NCBI RefSeq assembly: GCF_902652985.1
Contig: NC_047031.1
Span: 26,288,001 to 26,352,000, forward strand
Length of the DNA: 64,000 nucleotides
From: Pecten maximus
Lineage: Eukaryota
Reading direction: 5' to 3'
Every line of letters starts with the position of its first letter. The stretch's first letter is position 1. Both the position numbers and the translations under genes were made by a program. This document shows, piece after piece, positions 36,647 to 45,669 of the stretch. The notes beneath the pieces are model-generated. The model had not been told where the DNA came from, did no database searches, and saw nothing but the letters and a program-made list of their open reading frames with translations.

Positions 36647-37753
36647 AACAATAACGTCTAATAATAATAAATAAAATTGATATAATAAACTTAGATTACA
36701 TTCACCAGAGAGAAAACATGAAAGGTTAACATTTCTACTGAAATATTATTGTGGTTAATTAAATTAAATTAACAAAGCTTTTTACAATATCAATATAAAC
36801 ACCCACTTATTTCATGTACACACTCCATTAAGTTCAGATGGTTCCAATGGATACAAATCTCTTCAAATTCTAGTCTACATCAGCAGTCTGCTTCACACGT
36901 TTAACGGCCAATGTTGATTTTACTTTTTGACATGTACTTATTAATATAAAGTGCAATTATTAACCTAGACTATCTTGCACTTTAGACTAAACTTCTTTAT
37001 TAAAAAAAAAGGGCCATAACTCTGGATAAAGAAGGGGTTAAATATAATAAAAAAACAACTTTTACAACCCTTTAAATGTAAAAATCAAATAAAGAAAACA
37101 AAAATTCGTTAAAAAGAACCCAGATCCACAGTACCGTTTAAGAAATATGTACCAGATTAAGTTCTGGTCTTCGAGCAAACATCAATACCTGTAATACATT
37201 TAGGTCAAGATGTCTTTTTTGTATGTATTGATTACACTGCAATTCAAAGAGGGTCTAACAGGTCAAATTAGGAATATTCAGGTCATAAAGCATTTTTGCC
37301 AGATATTCTCCATACAAGGCCATGCACAGCAAACAAAGAGCAATAACTCTGTATAATACACTGGAGTACATTTATAATACCTTTTTAAAATTATCACAAC
37401 ATTCATTCCAATAGGTAATCACATGTGATTTGATTTGAAGGTATTGAAGTACATATATTCTATCAGGACATGCATATAAATCATATATAACATAAATTAT
37501 AAAGGATATAACAGTTTATGATTTTTGTCCAGTCTCAAACACCAATTTAGCACCAAAATAATCAGACAGAAACCTGTGACTACCAGGTGAGACTAAACAC
37601 CTATTATGATATTGAAGTAGAGAACAAGTAAAATTCTAGACACAATAATGAGATACTCGCAGGATAATATGGTTATTTGTTTTTAATGTAAAAATATGAC
37701 TAGATACATACGAAAAAGTAAATGATAATATATTCTATAATATTTTGACATTA

Positions 37754-38151
37754 CAGGGGTTGACACTAACTTAATCGCCTCGACAGACCGCCGGGCTTCC
37801 AGGTTTTGACATGAGGTACCCGGGCTGCCAAAGGTGAAGCCTCTCCTGGGGGATTTGGAGGCATGTCCTTTTAGCCTCTAACCAACACGGAGGAAAACAT
37901 TGAATTATAGATGCAGTATCCTGCGTTCTAGTTCATTCTGAGCATAAAAAAATATAAGAACTTACGCCAAAGGGTTTTATAAAATAAGTTTTGAAAATAA
38001 AATCATTTAAGGAAATGAAGAAAACTTTAGCTGGACATTATACATTTGGCTGAAAATGTTGTGGGCTGCTGGTCTGGACATAAATTCTGACAGCCCAACC
38101 AGATTCCAGGTAGCCCTGGGCTGCTGGACTACTGTTAAGTGTCGATCCCTG
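37754..38151. mobile_element. MITE with CAGGG termini (hAT-like)
   Basis: CAGGGGTTGACACTAAC ... GTTAAGTGTCGATCCCTG; only a 5-bp CATTA flank match, not the canonical 8 bp. Confidence 0.55.
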
Positions 38152-38765
38152 CATTACACGTGTACAATAGTGTACAGATATAGATTACAAGGCCTTCAGT
38201 CTTACATAATAAAACAGAGTTTCTATTTGAAATGAGGTTTGAAACCTAAAAGGTACATGTTCTAGATCTTGTATGTGAAATCAGGTTTGAAAACTAGAAA
38301 TTGTTGTAACATATAAATGTCCTCATTCCTCACCTTGTTTCGATCCCCACAAACGACCTCAAAAACTTGCCAAAATGTTTTAATGTAATATCACAAGCTT
38401 ATGGAATGAATCCATAAATATTGGATTTTATCCTGTATGGACAAAAAAAAAATTAAATGTGGAAGCACCATTAAAATAAAATTTATATAAGTAATGAATG
38501 TTGAAGCAAATGGTGTTAAGGCCAAATAAGATCAGTTATTACAATAAAACTAACATATCTTGTATATAAGCTTCATTATGTTTGTCAGCAACAGCTATAG
38601 GTCATAAGTTTTGATCTAGTCATGTAATCTCCAGATATTGTTTGGATAGACCAATCTTTATTCTATGAACCATAACAACATCTTATATTCAACAAGTAGG
38701 GGTTAATCACAACAGGCAAAGGAGACCTTTTTTGGCCATGACTGGGGTTCTTCAGAACATACAAC

Positions 38766-39160
38766 TTAAGCCAAAATAAAAATATAGTTGGTTTGGCGTA
38801 ATCCGCCCGACCCAGAAAAAATGCGCCTTCTCAGAAAATTTTATTGTGAAAAATATATATATATTTTTTAATGACTTGACTGTTCCGGATATTTATGCCC
38901 AGAAGTTGCTTTGAAAGTTTGAAAATATGTCTCGCAATGCCAAATTAGCTTTGTGTGTGCTTCTTTTGTTTAAAATCACAAAACAAATAAGGATTTCCAA
39001 ACAGTTTACATTATGGTTTGTTTGTATTGAAGGTTGAAAATCTGTTTTCAGAACTGAATAAAAAAAAATTTCAGCACCACGCGTACGTGCACCTATACAT
39101 AGGTACGTAAAACCTTGATTGGGTTACAGCAAACCCAGATATTTTTAAAGATGGCCTTAC
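38766..39160. mobile_element. Degenerate TIR element with TTAA-like flanks (Kolobok-like MITE?)
   Basis: TTAAGCCAAAATAAAAATATAGTTGGTTTGGCGTAATCC versus the inverted GGGTTACAGCAAACCCAGATATTTTTAAAGATGGCCTTAC. Confidence 0.4.
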
Positions 39161-39477
39161 AGATTTCTTGGCTCCATAAGGATAATATTGATTTTTCACT
39201 GTGACATGATCATTATATAATGCAAAATTGTTAATGACATCCTCTATAAAGAATATTACTCTTTACCCCTCCTAAATCTGATACACTACTCTTGATGAAA
39301 TATGTGTAGTATTATGAATGGATTAATTATCATAAAGATTATCCTTGACAATTGTTTGAATCAAATCCATCTAAAAATATAGCGGAAGTTGATTTTAATT
39401 TGTAATCTAATAACATAGCTAGCTCTATTACTAGTTGAATATTTTATTTTTTGGTGTATTTGGTTTATTAGAATAAT

Positions 39478-39680
39478 TTAGTTTAACGTCCTATTAACAG
39501 TCAGGGTCATTTAAGGACATGCCTGGTTTTGGAGGTAGAGGAAAGCCGGAGTACCCGGAGAAAAACCATTGACTTATGGTCAGTACCAGGCAACTGCCCC
39601 ACATGGGGCAACTCAGAGGTGGAGGGCTAGTGATAAAAGGGCTGGGGCACCTAATTAACCACTAACCAACACGGCCCCTA
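39478..39680 (-). mobile_element. tRNA-derived SINE with V-type core
   Basis: GGAAAGCCGGAGTACCCGGAGAAAAACC (V-SINE-like core); 3' tail shared with the Meta-SINE at 9705. Confidence 0.7.
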
Positions 39681-40056
39681 TTTATTTTTTGTCCGAAACC
39701 TAATCATAATGTATATTTATTAATAGTTGATATACATTTCATATTGATGATCTACAAATTGATGTATCCTATGAAAATGCAACATTTTCATAAAGCATAT
39801 ATATTACAGTACTTTTAACACAATTTCCTAAAACCGACATTCCTTTACTGAATAATTTATACTACAACTACTGCAAACATACGAAATTTGACACACTCAA
39901 GTCTTAACACAAAACTCAATCAAAACAGATAAGCAGAATGATGAATTGCTGCCATAGAAACTAATGTAGATAAACTACAACAAGCACATTATTTAGCGAA
40001 AAACTCTGAAATAAGATAACCACTAAAATATCTGCATTTACAGTATGTTTTGTTTA

Positions 40057-41383
40057 TCATTTGTGTAACTTTTTATGTTTGGTTAGTAACAGTTTACTAG
40101 TGTATAGCTGACCACACTGGTCACACGTGTGTGTGTCTTTATTGTGAGTCTTCATGTGTCGACTGAGATGTGTAGAGTGAATGAATGCTTTACTACACTT
40201 ACTACACTTAAACGGAGCGTCTCCCGTATGGATCATGAAATGTCTTGCCAGGCCACTTTTATCGGAGAATCCTTTGCCACAGACATCACACTTGTGAGGT
40301 TTCTCCCCCGAGTGTATTACCAGGTGTCTCTGCAGTGTACCCATTCTACCGTAACGCTTACCACAGATGTCACACTTGAACGGTTTTTCACCAGTGTGGA
40401 CGACCTGGTGTCTCAGAAGACCACTCAGGTCACTAAACATACCATCACAGGCATCACAGCGGTGAGTCTTTTGTCCGGTATGGATGGCAGAGTGTGTGTT
40501 AAGATGACTTTGCCGCTTGAATGATTTACCACAATCTAAACACTGAAATGGTTTGTCATCAGAGTGGACCTGGAGATGTTGCTTCAGTCCAACCTGCATT
40601 CTAAATGTTTTATCACAGAAATCACATGTGTAGGTATTTAGTTTTGAGTGTTGGTGGTTTTGAAGGTAAAATATGTCAGGAAAGCTTTAAAGCATATGTC
40701 GCATGTTAAGTCCTTCTTTTTGTTATGTGAAGATTGCTTTTCGGTATGGGACGATTTTTCTTCGCTATGTGAAGATTTTTCTCCGCTATGTGAAGATTTT
40801 TCTTCGCTATGTGAAGATATTCTGCTATCTGAAGAATTCTTTCTACTATGTGAGGAATTCTTTCTGTTATGTGAAATTTTCTTTTCGCTATGTGAAGATT
40901 TCTTTTTCTTATGTGACAATATCTTTTCGCTATGGGAAGATTTCTTTTTTTTATGTGACAATATCTTTTCGCTATGGGAAGATTTCTTTTCTCTGTGAGA
41001 AGATTTCTTTTTGCTATGTGAAGATTTCTTCGATTTCCTCCTGATTTCTTGTGTATTGTTACCAGAATTTGGATACAATTCTGTAAGATTCTGTACCTTG
41101 TCATGTCCATGTATACTACTGTGTTTATCTAAATCTGTCTTTTCACCGAATGTCTCGCCACAGAAGTCACATTCTGAATCAGCATGTATCTCTCTGTGCT
41201 CCTGAAATAGATCGTCCCTATCAAAGCATTTACCACATACACCACATGTGTGTGTCCCTGTACTAGGGAGGTCATTGTGGTATTCTTCTCTGTGTTGCAG
41301 TAGTTGAATGTCTCCAGATATGTCACATCTGTTGGGCTTCTCTGCTGGGACGGCAGGATCAACAGACACCAAACTGAGATTTG
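40057..41383 (-). CDS. C2H2 zinc-finger gene B, terminal exon (~10 fingers, K/S/H-rich repeat); apparent 1-nt deletion near 40665
   Basis: Acceptor TTATTCAG before 41383 (same phase and offset as gene A). Restoring one C (ACC CTT) joins ORFs 40638-41372 and 40057-40599 via FLTYFTLQNHQHSKLNTYTCDFCDKTFRMQVGLKQHLQVH. Confidence 0.87.
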
Positions 41384-41834
41384 CTGAATAATAATAAAAA
41401 AGAAAATAAATATAATGCCTTATGCTTATATGTTGAGATTACAGTTATTATCAACTAGCACTTTGTACAAAGTAATACAGTATTTTAGAACTAACTAAGG
41501 TTAACAATACACTGAAAATTGAATGTTAAGTAATAGGGTTCCATTGACCATGCAACAACAAGGATCTGACTAACTGAGATCACCAAATATGACTTCCTCC
41601 TGTAAACTACTTACGACAGGTGCAAGAAAAAAAATTCTTATGGTACATTTGATATCATGGTAAGATATATAGGGGTATTCCATATGAGGGGTCACAAAAA
41701 AACGAAGTTGTAAATTGAACCTCAGATCATTTTTGTGACCCCTTGGATGGAATTCACATAATGATATCCTTGTCTTTTGTACAGAAATGGGCGATCCTGT
41801 TATATCTAAATACAAAGATAAATGAAATGCCTAC

Positions 41835-42480
41835 CATTCTCTGGAAGTATAAGAGTTACACACCGAACGGGTGGCTTGACAACCGAAGTCTTCCAATGAG
41901 TCTGGTCATCAGGCTCAAGTTTTACAAAAAATCCAGCTACAACTGATTCACCAAGAGTTCCCTCCCCTAGTTCTATATCCGCTGCAGAAGTCTGTTGTTT
42001 TATAGAAGTCGACTCTGCTAAATACATTTCACCAAGAGTTCCCTCCCCTAGTTCTATATCCGCTGCAGAAGTCTGTTGATATGCGTCATCATCAGGCTCA
42101 AGTTTTATACAAGTCGACTCTGCTAAATGAATTTCACCAAGAGTTTCCTCCCCTTGTCCTTTATCAGCTATAGATATCTCTCTGTATAAGCTCTCATCCA
42201 ACTGCATCTTTACTGAAGACCCAGCTGTTAAACATGTAGATTCACAGAGAGTTCCCTCCCCTGGTTCTATATCAGCTACGGGCAGGTTCTCATCCAGATG
42301 CATCATTAAGGAAGACTCAGCTAAAATAGATTTACTGAGAGTTCCCTCCCCTGGTTCAATATCAGCTGCAGACATCTGCCTATAGGTGCTGTCATCTGGC
42401 TCAATCTTCAAGGAAGCCTCAACATTTTCAACCTGGTTATAATCTGTTTCAATATCTGTCCTCTTCAGTGTTCCCTTCAT
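41835..42480 (-). CDS. C2H2 zinc-finger gene B, upstream acidic exon
   Basis: Repeats of (L/I/V)K(I/L)EPDD...ADIEPGEGTL; ends RCVTLILPEN G|GTAGGC as in gene A; true 5' end uncertain. Confidence 0.75.
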
Positions 42481-42700
42481 CTCAACAGGTTATACTCTGT
42501 TTCAATATCTGTCCTCTTCAGTGTTCCCTTCATCTCAACAGGTTACACTCTGTTTTATATTAAAAAAGAAATTTAAAAAGTTGAGAAGTTATCGGTAGAC
42601 TATTTGGATCTATGAAATTATAAGTCATTATTTAATTTCTTTTTACAGTCATGACAAAAAATGAAGTCTCCCCAATTATAACAGTGCCGGGCTATATCTG

Positions 42701-42859
42701 TGTAACCCTGGTAAATACTAGCCGCAATATACCGCTCGGCTAGAGAGATCTTCTCTTTAGCTCGATCGGTGGAGCGTAAGACTAGTAAGCCAGAGGTCCC
42801 GGGTTCGATCCCTAGCGGAGGCAGTGATTTAAATTTAATTTTTCATGCGCTCTGTTACA
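42701..42859 (+). mobile_element. tRNA-containing LTR copy 1 (159 bp)
   Basis: TGTAAC...GTTACA; tRNA-like 42751-42823 with A box TAGCTCGATCGG and B box GGTTCGATCCC; TCTG on both flanks. Confidence 0.85.
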
Positions 42860-42973
42860 TCTGTATTTGGTGTCAGGTGGGAATTCAAAGTAATAATTTA
42901 CCAGGGCACATGCTCTCTCTCTAGGTGCACTGTAGTATTTTAACATAGTTTCTCAGGGGAATCAATATATATA

Positions 42974-43129
42974 TGTAACCCTGGTAAATACTAGCCGTAA
43001 TATACCGCTCTGCTAGAGAGATCTTCTTATCAGCTCGATCGGTTGAGCGTAAGACTAGTCCCGGGTTCGATCCCTAGCTTAGGCAGTGATTTAAACTTAA
43101 TTAATCCTAGCTAGCTGCGCTCTGTTACA
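42974..43129 (+). mobile_element. tRNA-containing LTR copy 2
   Basis: TGTAAC...GTTACA with a deletion in the anticodon/variable region. Confidence 0.85.
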
Positions 43130-43190
43130 AATAAACATAGTGAGTCTAAGTTTTCTGATGTTTTATCAGCCTTTTGAAAATATGTTTCTT

Positions 43191-43340
43191 TGTAACCCTG
43201 GCAAATACTCCCCGCAATGTAGAGAATTTCTCTTTAGCTCTATCTGTTGAGTGCAAGACTAGTAATCCATGGTCCTAAGTTGGATCCCAAGCAGAGGCAG
43301 TGAAATAACTTAATATAAATTCATCATGCTCTCTGTTAAA
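43191..43340 (+). mobile_element. tRNA-containing LTR copy 3 (older, diverged)
   Basis: TGTAACCCTGG...CTCTGTTAAA; flanks TCTT and TCTA. Confidence 0.75.
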
Positions 43341-43532
43341 TCTAAAAGGCTGATAAAACATCTGAAACCTTCAGTATCTGTAATGATAATGTGAAATAAA
43401 TTAAGGCCATAGAGTATACACTGTATCTATATATCCTCTACAACAGTGTCTTCAGTCATAGGGTAGACGCAGACCTACGTCACAAAATAATAATTGTCTG
43501 ATAAAAAAATAAAACAAAAATATAAAATAAAA

Positions 43533-43847
43533 TGTTGCGGCTATATATATATAGTATTTACCAGGGTTACATACTCCCCCTCTAGGAAAGAACTTGTTCT
43601 CAAGTTTTCCAGTGGTATTTAAACAGAGATGCCTTCGCAAACAGCGATGAGTATCATTCGCAAGTCCCTACATTGGCGCCAATGTAACAGGGCACAGGAT
43701 TGATTAAACTTAAATCACTGCCTGCGCTAGGGATCAAACCCGGGACCTCTAGCTTATAATTACTAGTCTTACGCCCAACCGATCAAGCTAAAGAGAAAAT
43801 CTCTCTAGCCGAGCGGTATATTGCGGCTAGTATTTATCAGGGTTACA
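43533..43847 (-). mobile_element. TRIM: 5' LTR 43847-43683, PBS 43681-43664, 111-bp internal region, PPT 43583-43574, truncated 3' LTR 43571-43533
   Basis: Minus strand: ...GTTACA T TGGCGCCAATGTAGGGAC ... CTTGAGAACAAGTTCTTTCCT AGAGGGGGAG TA TGTAACCCTGGTAAATACT. Confidence 0.85.
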
Positions 43848-44169
43848 TACACAAGTTGGTGGTTTTCCCCAACCTGTTTATATGATTTTTCATGACTAAA
43901 TAATGCGACCTGGCTTAAAAAAAATCAAAACTTCAGCTTAATATGTTTTTGGCTATTTTAAAGTAACAAAACCATACCTCAATTGGTGTATTATAGACAA
44001 GTTTACGTATCATTCACAAGTTGGTGGTTTTCCCCAACCTGTCTAGGTCTACTGAGTACTGTAAGCCATATTGATACTACATGTAGTTTTGTGTGAACAC
44101 CCTTCTTCTTTGAAGTTTTGTAAGCGTACACTACATATAAATACAAGCCAACAGCAAAAACAAACACTT

Positions 44170-44600
44170 ACATTAAAATATTCGTGTTGCCTGGTATATG
44201 TTCAACTTGTAAGTCCCCATCCATCCAAGTGGATGCCACGTAAACATCACTCAAAACTCCTCTGCCTCTAAGTCGCAAACATTCCAGTTATGCTGCAGGA
44301 ACCGGAATAAAAGTTATAATTTTCGTGAGGGATTCTTTGGAGAGAGACAATTTCCGGACGAATAGCAACAGATTTATTCAAGAATAATTTTGATAAAAAT
44401 ATGTTGATTTTATTGTTACTTTATCAAGTAACCTTTGATAATAAATGTTTATTTCAAGACTTTATACATTTTATTGATTTAGTCAAGTTTCAAGACAAAC
44501 GTGAGATTATTTTCCCGCTCGCAGTTCCCTGTTAGCGCCATGTGTCCTGGCGTTGTTTAGTGTGACAGAAGAACGCCAAAATGGCGAGAAGATGGTACAC
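44170..44600. promoter_or_regulatory. Putative divergent promoter region between ZNF gene B and the BTB gene
   Basis: Head-to-head genes; locally CpG-richer; minus-strand donor-like AAT|GTAAGT at 44171; YY1-like CAAAATGGCG at ~44577. Confidence 0.4.
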
Positions 44601-45669
44601 AAATAGGCCTATAGAAAATTCATGTAGGCTGATGTGGTAGGTGTATTCGCCTAACAAGTGAACATAATCACAAATTTTATTGGCCACCTGGTGTAGGCCT
44701 AAACACTACTGTAGTAGCCTACAAATAATTTATGCTAAAATCATGAAATGTTACAGCAGCGTTACAGTAGGCCTACTGTACCGCTACCGGGTATCCAGAA
44801 TATCGTTGATTGATGCAAACGCTTGTAATCATTCGTAAAGGAGTGTGCCGTCAAACAATTTAAGTTATGATCGCGTGTAGATTTTGTGCGCATCGAATTA
44901 GAAAATTTAGAGTCTTGTCTAGAAGACGAAAATATCACAAATGTCAATACTGACAATAGATCTGCAGCAGGCCATGTCGGCTTCCATTTCATGCTAATGA
45001 TTAAAAGATTCAAATCCTAAATAAACAATGAGCTACCTGGCATCAACTACACTGCAGGGCCAAAAGTCTTTCTGCAATTCTAATCTTACCATTTGAACGT
45101 TTTTTTTTCAAAGAATTTTTACCGAAGTTGTAAGACCGATTTATTGGTTTTAAATTCACTAATTCCATTTATTTCCCTTGCCGTTTTACATAAAAATTCA
45201 AAAGTTATTTTTCTACACGAATTCAAGTGACATCATTTTGATGATATTTTGGTAAGTGTATGAATGATGAGGGTTTCAGAAAGACTAAAATAAATTTGAC
45301 CTGAAAGTGTAGATTTTACTAGATCTACTAATTATAATATACCAGCTAGAAAACCAATTTACTGTATGTCATTTCGGTCTGTATTTATACATTAAGTTAC
45401 ATGTGTTTTTCCATTATAGTGAAACAGGGATAAAATTTGACTATTTTCAATGCAATACATACAAGGAAGAAGAAAACCAAATATATATTTTTTCTTTCCT
45501 GTTACTTATATTTTTTAATTATCATTTAAATTAATTTTAATCTGTACAAATATTTTCACACTTGATCAAGTGGACAGCAGAAAGAGATGTTCAGTATACA
45601 GACTTGATTGAAGAGTGGCCTGTAACTAATATATTGAGATTGTTTTTTTTTTTTTCAGATCACAAAAAC

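Noticed and set aside
42751-42823. Functional tRNA-Thr(AGT) gene
   Set aside because: Acceptor and anticodon stems do not pair; it is embedded in a TG..CA repeat with diverged copies
43849-44043. ~28-bp direct repeats CACAAGTTGGTGGTTTTCCCCAACCTGT as a TSD of the TRIM
   Set aside because: Both copies lie on the same side of the TRIM; more likely a local duplication or an unrelated insertion
44581-44600. ATGGCG start codon for the BTB gene
   Set aside because: The nearby donor is weak and phase 2, incompatible with the phase-1 acceptor at 45659; ATG 45670 is preferred
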